Source: Gemmatimonadota bacterium (GTDB taxonomy: Bacteria > Gemmatimonadota > Gemmatimonadetes > Longimicrobiales > Gaopeijiaceae). Taken from it: DNA of 64,000 nt. Numbering within the stretch: the first letter of the stretch is position 1; the number at the start of each line of letters is the position of its first letter. The stretch spans positions 61,018 to 125,017 of the forward strand of contig JBDHHQ010000002.1 of NCBI GenBank assembly GCA_039589315.1, read 5' to 3'. Of this stretch, positions 44,712 to 53,751 are shown piece by piece. Made by a program: the position numbers and the translations under genes. The notes beneath the pieces were generated by a model that saw nothing but the letters and a program-made list of their open reading frames with translations, was not told the DNA's origin and did no database searches.

Positions 44712-46074
44712 CGACCCCCTGGTCCCTCAGCCACCCCTCGACCACACCCCGAATCTCGGCGAGCCGCTCGGCCGACCGAGCCTCGAAACGGGCAACGATG
44801 ACAGGCTGCGTGTTCGACGCCCGGAGCAGGCCCCAGCCGTCCCCGAACTGGATCCGGGCACCGTCTACGTCGATAACGTCGTAGAGCTCCTTGAAGTGGG
44901 CCTCGGCCTCTCGCACGATCTGGAACTTGCTCTCTTCGGTAACCTCGATGCGGAGCTCCGGCGTGGAGACGTATCGCGGGAAATCGGCGACCATCTCGGA
45001 GAGGGTTCGATCGCTGCGCGCCAGGAGCTCCACGAGCCGGCAGCCGTCGTAGAGCGCGTCGTCAAAGCCCAGGTACTCGTCGGCGAAACAGATATGCCCC
45101 GACAGCTCTCCACCGATCGGAGCGTCCGTCTCCCGCATCTTCTCCTTCATGAGGGAATGCCCGGTCTTCCACATGATGGGCTGGCCCCCTGCCGCTTCGA
45201 ACATCTCCGGCAGTGCCTGCGAGCACTTGACGTCGAACACCAGCTTCTGGCCGGGCCCTTGCCGGTCCAGCAGATCGAGCCCGAACAGGAGGAGCAGCAG
45301 GTCGCCGCGGACCACGCAGCCGCGCTCGTCCACGACCCCCAGGCGATCGGCGTCACCATCGAAGCCGATGCCCACCTCGGCGTCGGAGCCCCGGACCTCG
45401 GCGATCATGTCGGCAATGTACTCATCCACCGTGGGATCCGGGTGGTGATTCGGGAAGGTCCCGTCGGATTCGCAATACAGAAGCGTGACTCGTGCGCCGA
45501 GGCGCTCGAACAGCCTCTGCGCGACGATAGCCCCCGTGCCATTCCCGCAATCGAGCACCACATCGACCGGTCGCGACAGGTTGAAGCGGCCCGCAACATC
45601 GCCGATGTAGTCCTCGGTAACGTCGTGGGACTCTCGCCGGCCCTGGCCGGTGTCGAAGCGCGTGGACTCGATGGCCTCCCGCAGCGCTCGAATCGCCGCG
45701 CCGTACAGGGAGCGCCCGAGCACGGTCATCTTGATGCCGTTGTACTCGGGAGGGTTATGCGAGCCAGTAATCTGGATGCCCCCGTCGGTCCCCAGCGTCT
45801 TCTCCGTCCAGTAGACGATGGGCGTGGGTACGGTGCCGATGTCCAGCACGTCGACGCCGGAGGCGTTCAAGCCCGACACCAGGCCGTCTCTCAACTCGGG
45901 CGACGAGGGCCGGTTGTCGTGACCCACGACGACGCGCGGCGTCCGCCCCGGAACGACGGACCTCAGGTGAGTCGCGTAAGCCCGACCGACGCTCTGAGCC
46001 ACACCGGCGTCCAGGTCCCGGCCCACGATGCCCCGGATGTCATACTCTCGGAAGATGTGGCTTCGGATGCTCAT
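44704..46074 (-). CDS. Phosphomannomutase/phosphoglucomutase (AlgC-like)
   Basis: FREYDIRG, TGSHNP, FDGDADR, GELSGH and RASNTQP. ATG at 46074. Confidence 0.94.
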   Translation of the reverse strand: MSIRSHIFREYDIRGIVGRDLDAGVAQSVGRAYATHLRSVVPGRTPRVVVGHDNRPSSPELRDGLVSGLNASGVDVLDIGTVPTPIVYWTEKTLGTDGGIQITGSHNPPEYNGIKMTVLGRSLYGAAIRALREAIESTRFDTGQGRRESHDVTEDYIGDVAGRFNLSRPVDVVLDCGNGTGAIVAQRLFERLGARVTLLYCESDGTFPNHHPDPTVDEYIADMIAEVRGSDAEVGIGFDGDADRLGVVDERGCVVRGDLLLLLFGLDLLDRQGPGQKLVFDVKCSQALPEMFEAAGGQPIMWKTGHSLMKEKMRETDAPIGGELSGHICFADEYLGFDDALYDGCRLVELLARSDRTLSEMVADFPRYVSTPELRIEVTEESKFQIVREAEAHFKELYDVIDVDGARIQFGDGWGLLRASNTQPVIVARFEARSAERLAEIRGVVEGWLRDQGVDV

Positions 46075-46312
46075 GATCTCGCAACGGGTCCAGAGATCGG
46101 TCTCGGGGACCCGAATGACGCTTGAGTGGCCCACCCGCCGCCGGGCGGAGGAGAGGACGCAACCTAGGCGGAAGCCCGGGGAAGCGTCAACGAGGAGCCA
46201 CGGCGCTTTGCCCTGCCGCCCAGGGGGGGTACATTGCGTCGCCCGCCCCGCCCGACGTCCTGCACCAGGATGATTCCGGGCGGCGGAAAAGACCCCCTAC
46301 CCTTCCCGCAGC

Positions 46313-46867
46313 ATGGCGATAAAGAGCGACCGCTGGATCCGCAGGATGGCACAGGAACACGGGATGATCGAGCCCTTCGAGGACAGGCAGGTCCGGGATG
46401 GATGCATCTCGTACGGCTTGTCTTCGTACGGCTACGACATCCGCGTGGCGCCGGAGTTCAAGGTCTTCACCAACGTCCACAATGTGGTGGTCGACCCGAA
46501 GAACTTCGACGCCCGTTCCTTCGTCGACGTACACGCCGCCGAGTGCATCATCCCCCCCAACTCCTTTGCCCTGGCCCGCACTCTGGAGTATTTCCGGATC
46601 CCTCGAGACACGCTGGTCATCTGCGTCGGGAAGAGCACGTACGCCCGCTGTGGGATCATCGTGAACGTCACCCCACTGGAGCCCACGTGGGAGGGATACC
46701 TGACGCTCGAGATCTCCAACACGACACCGCTGCCCGCCAAGGTCTATGCAGGTGAGGGGATCTGTCAGCTGCTCTTCTTCCAGGGAGACGAGCTGCCGGA
46801 GGTCGCGTACGCGGACCGGAAGGGCAAGTACCAGAAGCAGGTCGGAGTGACGCTGCCGAAGCTGTGA
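46313..46867 (+). CDS. dcd: dCTP deaminase
   Basis: [27 protein letters not shown] and GKYQ. Confidence 0.96.
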   Translation: MAIKSDRWIRRMAQEHGMIEPFEDRQVRDGCISYGLSSYGYDIRVAPEFKVFTNVHNVVVDPKNFDARSFVDVHAAECIIPPNSFALARTLEYFRIPRDTLVICVGKSTYARCGIIVNVTPLEPTWEGYLTLEISNTTPLPAKVYAGEGICQLLFFQGDELPEVAYADRKGKYQKQVGVTLPKL

Positions 46868-46986
46868 GGCCGTAGATCCCCTCACGGTCTGTCGAGGCCC
46901 CCATCGAGAGTCAGGCCCCCGATCCACAGCTCACCCGCCCCGGGAGACGGGCCGTCTCGGGGTGGGTGGCGAGCCCCGGGCTCGCG

Positions 46987-47469
46987 CTACCTCACGTCGA
47001 GCAGCTCGATGGTCATGACCAGAGTGGCATTGGGTGGAATCGCGCCGGAGCCGGCGGCCCCGAAGGCCAGGTGCGGAGGCGCGACCAACTTGCGGCGTCC
47101 TCCCTCGCGCATCCCTTCGATCCCCTCGTTCCAAGCCGGGAGGATCTCGTCGCTGCCGAGGGTGAATCGCGGGTTGTCACCGGAATCCGCCGACCCGCGC
47201 ACGCGGGCGCCGTCATGGAGCCACATCGTGAACTCCACTGTGACCGTTCGGTTCCGCCGAGCCACGGACCCACTCCCCTCGTAGAGGTCCTGCCAATACA
47301 AGCCCGAGGGGCTCTTGGTCATCGAGGTCAGATCGACGGCCAGTTCCGGCGCATAGGTGAGCTCGACGGGATCCTGCGCGGGTGGGATCACAGCTGCGTC
47401 GTCTCGGCCGCATCCCGCGGCCAGGACGATCAGGAGCACCGGTGTCAGCCATCGCGCTGTTTGGTTCAT
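46987..47469 (-). CDS. FKBP-type peptidyl-prolyl isomerase-like lipoprotein
   Basis: Lipobox LAAGC, GMREGGRRKLV and IPPNATLV. Confidence 0.88.
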   Translation of the reverse strand: MNQTARWLTPVLLIVLAAGCGRDDAAVIPPAQDPVELTYAPELAVDLTSMTKSPSGLYWQDLYEGSGSVARRNRTVTVEFTMWLHDGARVRGSADSGDNPRFTLGSDEILPAWNEGIEGMREGGRRKLVAPPHLAFGAAGSGAIPPNATLVMTIELLDVR

Positions 47470-47987
47470 GAGGGCGGCGCCACCGCGTCCTTGAGCTCAA
47501 CGACGTAGACCAGGACGGAATTCCCCGGAATGCACCTGGGTCCTGCCGTGGGGCATCCCGGTCCCTGGTCCAGCGCGCCGAAGCCGGCCGCCGGTGGGAC
47601 AACGAGGCGGCGAATCCCGCCCACACGCATGCCCAGAAGTCCCAGGTCCCATCCCGAGATGACCTCCCCCGTTCCGAGGATGAACGTAAGCGTCACTCCA
47701 TCGGCTACGGTCGTTCCGTCGCTCAGCCAGCCGTCGTAGAGCGTCGTCAGCGTATTGAATCCGACCGCGGCGAGGGTGTCCGCGGGTCCTTCCTGGATGT
47801 CCTGAATGTACACGCCGGACGGCAGGCGGGTCATTTGGCTCAAATCCACCCCGAGCTCCGGCGCGTAGGTCACGTCCTCGGCGTCCAGGAGCTCCGGTTC
47901 CGGCTCGACCGGATCGTCGCCACAGGCGGTCGCGACGACCGCGGTCAGGGCAAAAGCAGCAAGCGTCGAAAAGCGCGCAGCGCGCAT
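47466..47987 (-). CDS. FKBP-type peptidyl-prolyl isomerase-like lipoprotein (paralog)
   Basis: Lipobox ATAC, VISGWDLG, GMRVGGIRRL and IPGNSVLVY. Start 47987 or 47996. Confidence 0.88.
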   Translation of the reverse strand: MRAARFSTLAAFALTAVVATACGDDPVEPEPELLDAEDVTYAPELGVDLSQMTRLPSGVYIQDIQEGPADTLAAVGFNTLTTLYDGWLSDGTTVADGVTLTFILGTGEVISGWDLGLLGMRVGGIRRLVVPPAAGFGALDQGPGCPTAGPRCIPGNSVLVYVVELKDAVAPPS

Positions 47988-48171
47988 GGCGATCATACCT
48001 CGTCTGGTGCGGGAGAAGGGGAGCATCTGCCTCCCCGTGGCACTACTCGGGCGGTCGCCGTGCGTCCCGCCGCCCGTAGATACTGCCAAAGTGCCCCGTA
48101 GGTTTCCCGCTCCTCCTGCGACGCCCGCGGCGCGGGTGTGGCCAACTCCCCGACCCCGGTAGTGCCTCGCG

Positions 48172-49959
48172 TCAGGTGGCAGGCCGTTCGAACACCACCC
48201 GCCCCCCCACGATCGTCATGAGGACCCGGACATCCTTGAGCCGCCCGGGCTCGACGGTCAATGGGTTGGCGTCGAGGACGGCGAGGTCGGCGAGGAAGCC
48301 TTCCTGGATCCTTCCCTTGTAGTCCTCCTCGCCCGCCACCCAGGCGTTGTTGACCGTGTACGCCCGCAACGCGGTCGCCACGTCGATCCTCTCCTCGGGG
48401 AACCAGCCGCCCGCAGGAGTGCCGTCCAACGTCTCCCGTGTCACTGCAGCGTACATGCCATGGAGTGGATTGGAGGTGTACCAGGCGGCGTTGGTCCCCG
48501 GCCAATCGCTCCCGAAGGACAGCAGCACGCCGGCGTCAGTGAGGGTCTTGAAGGCGTACGCCCAGCGGGCCCGGTCGCCGATCCGTTCCTCCATCCACCG
48601 CATGTCGTCGATGGTGTGGTACGGCTGCATCTCGGCGATGACGCCCAACTCAGCCTCACGGGCGGCCGTTTCGGGTCCGCGCAGCACCTGGTTGTGGATG
48701 ATGGCGAACCGGCGTCCCTCCCTGGCCCCGTTGACCTCCTGGACCCGTTCGAAGATGTCCAGGATCCGGTCGATGGCCTCGTCCCCGATGGCGTGCACGC
48801 GGGGGTTGAAGCCAGCGGAGTCGGCCCCGAACACGAGCCCCTCCATGTTCCCCTCGGGGTTGTAGCCGGATCCGTCGTCCGTCACGTAGCCCGTGTTGCT
48901 GGGATCGCGCCACGCCCCACGGACCCCGGTGGTCAGGTAGGGCTCGTAGAAGCGTGCCGAGGAATTGCCCATGATGCCGTCGACGAAGCCCTTCAGACCC
49001 TGATACCGGATCCACTCGTCGCCGAAGCCCTCCACGATGCCCGCGTCGCGCATCTCGTTCCAGGTGTCCAGCACGAGCCGCATGTTCACCCTGGACGTGA
49101 GCTCGCCGGACCTGCGCAGCGCGTGGTAGACCTCGACGTGATCCGGAGGAGTAATGTCGAAGAACGTGGTGACCCCGTGCTCCCGGAGGCGGGCCAGCGC
49201 CACCCGGGCCTCCGCCAGCTTCTGGTCCAGCGTCTTGGGAGGAATGGCCTGACGGACCCGGTTCGCGGCCTCCTGCGTCAATCGACCCGTGGGAGCGCCG
49301 TCCAGGCACTCGACGCCCTCCCACCGGCAATCCGCCTCGGCCGCATCGAGAGCCGCGCCATTGGCGAGGTACTGGGATCGATCCCAGTTCCAGAGCAGCG
49401 CCGGAGTGGTCGGCGAAACCGGGTCGATGTCGGCGCGGCTGGGCCGGAACCGAGCCGTGGGCTCGTCCTGGTCCTGGCCGCGACCGGTGGAGGACAGTGC
49501 CCACTGCTCATAGGCTCCCCACATGCCCCCCACCATCCAGGCACCCTCGGGGAGCCGCGCGGCCGTCTCCTGGATCTGACGTACGAGGCCCTCCCGATCG
49601 GCCACCTCCAGCAGGTTGACGCCGAGGAGCAGCTCGCCGGCCCGGTTGAAGTGGGTGTGGTTGTCGATGAAGCCGGGAGACACGAAACGACCGTCCAGAT
49701 CAACCACACGCGTCGCCTCGCCCTGATGATGGGCCACATCCGCCGCCGACCCCACCGCGACGATCCGGTCCCCCGCGACGGCGACCGCCTCCGCCAGGGC
49801 ATGGCCCTCGGCGCCGGTCCAGATCTGCCCACCCGTGAGGATCAGGTCGGCTTCTGGAACCGTCTGGGCCGCCGGGCGAAGCGCAAGCAGCCCGAGACCG
49901 GTGGCGATGGCCAGCACGGCGCCCAACGCCCCCCATCGCCGAATCCAGGTCTCCTTCAT
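48172..49959 (-). CDS. Amidohydrolase 3 family (YtcJ-like), secreted
   Basis: PGFIDNHTH, KGFVDG, HAIGD, FGSDWP and ADLAVLD, with an N-terminal signal/TM segment. Confidence 0.9.
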   Translation of the reverse strand: MKETWIRRWGALGAVLAIATGLGLLALRPAAQTVPEADLILTGGQIWTGAEGHALAEAVAVAGDRIVAVGSAADVAHHQGEATRVVDLDGRFVSPGFIDNHTHFNRAGELLLGVNLLEVADREGLVRQIQETAARLPEGAWMVGGMWGAYEQWALSSTGRGQDQDEPTARFRPSRADIDPVSPTTPALLWNWDRSQYLANGAALDAAEADCRWEGVECLDGAPTGRLTQEAANRVRQAIPPKTLDQKLAEARVALARLREHGVTTFFDITPPDHVEVYHALRRSGELTSRVNMRLVLDTWNEMRDAGIVEGFGDEWIRYQGLKGFVDGIMGNSSARFYEPYLTTGVRGAWRDPSNTGYVTDDGSGYNPEGNMEGLVFGADSAGFNPRVHAIGDEAIDRILDIFERVQEVNGAREGRRFAIIHNQVLRGPETAAREAELGVIAEMQPYHTIDDMRWMEERIGDRARWAYAFKTLTDAGVLLSFGSDWPGTNAAWYTSNPLHGMYAAVTRETLDGTPAGGWFPEERIDVATALRAYTVNNAWVAGEEDYKGRIQEGFLADLAVLDANPLTVEPGRLKDVRVLMTIVGGRVVFERPAT

Positions 49960-50082
49960 GATGTGCTCCGTCGGTTTTCACGCCTCGGCGGCACCCGACC
50001 CTCTCGGGTGACTCGTCGCCCCTGCGAGACCAGAAGACCGAGACTAGGAGTGTCCGAGCAACGGAGCAAGGCAGCGTGGTCC

Positions 50083-51534
50083 CTACCGAGGGATCCGTTC
50101 CCACACCTCCAGAACGCCCATCTCGTGCCGGATGCTTCGGGCCAACCGGTAGTGCCGGCGCAGGTGGACGTCCACCGGGTTGTCCAAGGTGTGTCCGTAT
50201 CGCTCCATCATCGCGTAGTCGGCGATGACGTAGGGCGTCTGTCGCTCTGCCAGGATCGCCACGTTGCGTTCGAAGTGCTCGGTCGGGTGGCTCCCGGTGT
50301 ACAGGACGGAGTTGTAGAACGGGTTCGGCGTCTCCAGCTCGAGGTAGAAGCTTGGGAGGAGGGTGAAGGCATAGAACTCCTGGCCTCCCAGGACCGACTC
50401 CATCTCCTGGAGCCACTCACGCGCGACGCGGGAGTCGGCGGCGTTGCGCGTCACGATGCGTGCGACTCCCATCAGAAGTGCCACGGAAAACAGGCCCACG
50501 AGGGCACGGCGCCACCCCGGTGCTGGGAAGCGCTCCAGCGATCGGGCCGCGAGTCGGCCCAGGAGCAGCACCAGAGGAAAGGCGTTGATCGAGAGGTGCC
50601 AAGTGTCGGGAAGGTGGAAGGTCGAGCCCCACAGCGCCGCTTGCAGCAGCAACAGGACCGCCGTCGCGCGGTCCCACAGCCCCTCCCGGTAGCACGCCAC
50701 CGCTACCAGCGCAGCCACGGTCACGAACGCGACGAGCGGCCAATAGGACAGGGACAGGTGGTTCATGGCCAGATTGCCCCGGGCCACGGTGAGGAGCGAG
50801 GAGACGGGACCGAATCCCCACCGCCACAGCCCCCACAGCCCCACCACGGCCGCGCCCGCGCCGAAACGGAGCAGGAGCGCCCCGGCTTCACGCCCCCCGG
50901 AGGTCGCGGCGCCAGGTCCCGACCCAAGACCCTCCCGCCCCGACCAGGCTCGCGAGGCCAGGACCAGGACGCCCAGCACCAGAAGCAGCGCGCCCTTGGG
51001 CTGGAGGAAGAAGAACGTGAGGCCGGCCACGGCTCCGGCGGCGAAAGCCGTCCAACTGCCTCGGCGCCCGTCGGTGGAAAGCAGGAGGTACGTGAGGAGC
51101 GTCGCTAGGTAGCTGCCGTAGCTGTTGTGGTTGATGAAAGGCGGCGTCGTCGCCAGGAGGAGCCACACGAGCGATACGGCGAGCCGCACGGAGGCGTTGG
51201 GAATCAACAGACGAGCGGTCTGGTAAAAAGCCCAGATTGAAAGCAGAAGCATGAGCTGCGACGCGACCAGCGCCGCCGCGTACGTGGGCGCGAGGCTCTT
51301 GAAGAACAGGTTGACCCAGGAGAAGGATGCCGGACTGATGAACTCGAAGAAGTCTTCGTAGATCCGACGGCCGTTGTACAGATTCCAGGCGCCGGTGAGC
51401 ACCTGGCCTTCATCCGCGCTGAGCCTGTGGGTGAGCGTCAGTGCCACGCCACCCGCGAAGAGGAGGAGGACGACCCAGCGGTCTCCCCGGTCGGCTTGCT
51501 GGACGGCGTTCTCCGCCGTTGGCGTCCGGTGCAT
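50083..51534 (-). CDS. Polytopic membrane protein, probable GT-C (ArnT/PMT-like) glycosyltransferase
   Basis: First loop ADEG...GRRIYEDFFEFISP is typical of GT-C enzymes; about 11-12 TM helices. Confidence 0.6.
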   Translation of the reverse strand: MHRTPTAENAVQQADRGDRWVVLLLFAGGVALTLTHRLSADEGQVLTGAWNLYNGRRIYEDFFEFISPASFSWVNLFFKSLAPTYAAALVASQLMLLLSIWAFYQTARLLIPNASVRLAVSLVWLLLATTPPFINHNSYGSYLATLLTYLLLSTDGRRGSWTAFAAGAVAGLTFFFLQPKGALLLVLGVLVLASRAWSGREGLGSGPGAATSGGREAGALLLRFGAGAAVVGLWGLWRWGFGPVSSLLTVARGNLAMNHLSLSYWPLVAFVTVAALVAVACYREGLWDRATAVLLLLQAALWGSTFHLPDTWHLSINAFPLVLLLGRLAARSLERFPAPGWRRALVGLFSVALLMGVARIVTRNAADSRVAREWLQEMESVLGGQEFYAFTLLPSFYLELETPNPFYNSVLYTGSHPTEHFERNVAILAERQTPYVIADYAMMERYGHTLDNPVDVHLRRHYRLARSIRHEMGVLEVWERIPR

Positions 51535-51677
51535 ACGTCGCTGGAGGGTGAGGCGGGCACCGAGTCGGCGCCGGGGCATCCAACACTACGCGACCTCCGG
51601 ATACGACAGCAACCCCTCCGCGCGGGCCTCGCTGCGCGAGAGGACGACGTCGAAGGGGGCTAAGGTCCCACGAGCCC

Positions 51678-52661
51678 TCAGGCCGCTCCGACCCGCACCC
51701 TCGAGCGCACGGCACGCAACTCGGCTTCCAGATAGTCCACGAGCCGCTCGAACGGATCGAATCCCACGACCCGGGGTGCGTCGGCTACGAAGTTGGAGAG
51801 AGCGTTCACGTCGTAGAAGTAGATCCGGCCGTCCCGCTCGCTCTCCAGGTACTCCACCCCTCCGATCTCCATCCCGGCCGCCCTCACGATCTGGAGCACG
51901 GTCCGCCGAATGTCGTCGGGGGGCTCGTAGCCTTGAGCCGGGGCGGTCGTCGGGCACGCCGACAGGCCTCCGACCTCCCCAGCTCCGGTCTGGCAGAGGT
52001 CGGCCGGGCAGAGATTGAAGTCGTCGCCGGAGGCGTCCACCCGGATGGCGTAGAGGAACCGTCCGTCCAGCACCTCCACTCGCGTGATCCGGCCACCCTC
52101 CGGTCGATGGTACTCCTGGATCAGGAGCGTGCCGTCGAGGGAGGGCTCGATCCGGTCCTGAGACACGGCCCGGAGTAGCTCGCTGGTGTCGTCGAACCTG
52201 CTGATGCCCGCTCCGCTTCCCCCCACGTTGGGCTTCACCACCACCGGAAAGCGCAGCCCTTCTGTCGCCTGCCGTAGGCGGATCGGGTCGTGCACGACCC
52301 GCGTTCGCGGATGGGGGACGCCCAGGCGCCGGAGCAGCGCGAGTTGGCGGACCTTCGACACCTCGTACTGGAACGCCTCGAGGCCGTTGATCACGCGCAC
52401 GCCGCGCTCCTCGAGGTGCCGGAGATACTCCGGCGTGTGCCGGATCGCCTGCTCCCCGCCGCGCAGGTGGGCAGAGGGGCTCATGCGGTTGAACACCACC
52501 TCGTAGGGCCAGGTCGACCCGACCTCGAGATCCAACACCTCGTCGCCGGGCTGCACCGCCTCATACGGCACGCCACGGCGGTCCAGCGCCCTGAAGAGGG
52601 GCGTGAACCACTCCGGATGCTCGTGGTAGACGGCGATTCCACGGGCGTTCGATCTCATCAT
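51678..52661 (-). CDS. RimK/GshB-like ATP-grasp ligase (YHEHPEW / LCPADxC subfamily)
   Basis: VVKPNVGGSGAGI, LIQEYH, GVEYL and YDVNALSNF. AAAGGTGG RBS before ATG 52661. Confidence 0.85.
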   Translation of the reverse strand: MMRSNARGIAVYHEHPEWFTPLFRALDRRGVPYEAVQPGDEVLDLEVGSTWPYEVVFNRMSPSAHLRGGEQAIRHTPEYLRHLEERGVRVINGLEAFQYEVSKVRQLALLRRLGVPHPRTRVVHDPIRLRQATEGLRFPVVVKPNVGGSGAGISRFDDTSELLRAVSQDRIEPSLDGTLLIQEYHRPEGGRITRVEVLDGRFLYAIRVDASGDDFNLCPADLCQTGAGEVGGLSACPTTAPAQGYEPPDDIRRTVLQIVRAAGMEIGGVEYLESERDGRIYFYDVNALSNFVADAPRVVGFDPFERLVDYLEAELRAVRSRVRVGAA

Positions 52662-52745
52662 GCCCACCTTTCGTGTCTTGGCTACCTCTCGCATCGAGCC
52701 GGCGGCCCCGTCGTCGCCGAAGGCCGAAAACGCCGCCAACGACAG

Positions 52746-52777
52746 CGGCCGCGACCCCGGGATGGGAGTCGCGGCCG
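52746..52777 (-). terminator. GC-rich 13-bp hairpin between the leader ORF and the ATP-grasp gene (candidate attenuator terminator)
   Basis: On the minus strand CGGCCGCGACTCC-CATCCC-GGGGTCGCGGCCG, with one G.U pair, followed by CTGTCGTT (weak U-tract). Confidence 0.65.
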
Positions 52778-52817
52778 TTTCGTCGGTCCGCCGGCGGTGC
52801 TCGCGTGGCTCAGGCCA

Positions 52818-52904
52818 TCATCGGTATCCGCTCGTCTCCCGTCCCTCGCTCGGGTGGGGTCGACAACAGCGACAACAACAGATGGCCAGACCTGAATCGG
52901 TCAC
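52818..52904 (-). CDS. Poly-cysteine leader peptide MTDSGLAICCCRCCRPHPSEGRETSGYR (28 aa)
   Basis: GGAGAG SD 6 nt before the GTG. TGT TGT TGT CGC TGT TGT run, TGA at 52818-52820. Too short for the supplied ORF track. Confidence 0.7.
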   Translation of the reverse strand: MTDSGLAICCCRCCRPHPSEGRETSGYR

Positions 52905-53001
52905 GAGCGACTCTCCAGAGAACACCGATGTGCGCAGGCGACTACCCGTGCGCCTCCAGTGCCGGAACCCCGGAGCACGGCCAGAGGTTCCCATGAGCGC
53001 C

Positions 53002-53751
53002 TCAACCCCCGCCCCGGAACGCCGAGACGAGCAGGTCGCGGTTCAGTTGGGCGATGTAGTCCACGCTGATCCCCTTCGGGCACGCGTTCTGGCAAGCGCC
53101 ATGATTCGTGCAGCTCCCGAAGCCTTCGGCGTCGTGGGTGTTGATCATGCTCCCCACCCGGTCGTAACGCTCCGGCTGCCCTTGGGGCAGCAGTCCCAGG
53201 TGGGTGATCTTGGCGGCCGTGAACAGCATGGCCGAGGCGTTCGGGCACGCCGCGACGCATGCCCCGCAGCCGATGCATGCGGCGGCGTCGAACGCGATCT
53301 CCGCGGCGCCCTTGTTCACTGGGATGGCGTTGGCGTCGGGAGCGCTCCCGGCCCGCACGGAGATGTATCCGCCCGCCTCGATGATCCGGTCGAACCCGTT
53401 CCGGTCCACCACCAGGTCACGGATGATCGGAAACCCGGTCGCCCGCCACGGCTCGATCCACACCTCGTCGCCGTCCTGGAACGCCCGCATGTGGAGTTGG
53501 CAGGTGGTCGTCAGGGACTTGGGTCCGTGGGGTACGCCGTTGATCATCATCCCGCACGCCCCGCAAATGCCCTCCCGGCAATCGTGGTCGAACTCGATGG
53601 GCACGCCGCCACCACCGACGATGCGCTCGTTCACCACGTCCAGCATCTCCAGGAAGGACTGATCGGGGCTGACATCGTCGGCCTTATGCGTCTCGAAACG
53701 GCCCCCTTCTGCCGGTCCGGCCTGCCGCCAGACGTGCAGCGTCAAGCGCAT
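53002..53751 (-). CDS. sdhB: Succinate dehydrogenase/fumarate reductase iron-sulfur subunit
   Basis: [22 protein letters not shown] and [12 protein letters not shown]. Confidence 0.95.
   Translation of the reverse strand: MRLTLHVWRQAGPAEGGRFETHKADDVSPDQSFLEMLDVVNERIVGGGGVPIEFDHDCREGICGACGMMINGVPHGPKSLTTTCQLHMRAFQDGDEVWIEPWRATGFPIIRDLVVDRNGFDRIIEAGGYISVRAGSAPDANAIPVNKGAAEIAFDAAACIGCGACVAACPNASAMLFTAAKITHLGLLPQGQPERYDRVGSMINTHDAEGFGSCTNHGACQNACPKGISVDYIAQLNRDLLVSAFRGGG

Noticed and set aside
48460..51108. 882-aa plus-strand ORF, and similar long antisense ORFs such as 42321-44408 and 53781-55379
   Set aside because: These are codon-mirrored antisense shadows of well-supported minus-strand genes in high-GC DNA, with no recognisable motifs.
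52861..52881. Leu-rich (LLLSLLS) or Val-rich (VVVAVV) leader readings of the same TGTTGT tract
   Set aside because: The Val frame has an in-frame TGA just upstream with no start codon, and the Leu frame has no SD-linked start nearby. Only the Cys frame has an SD plus GTG.
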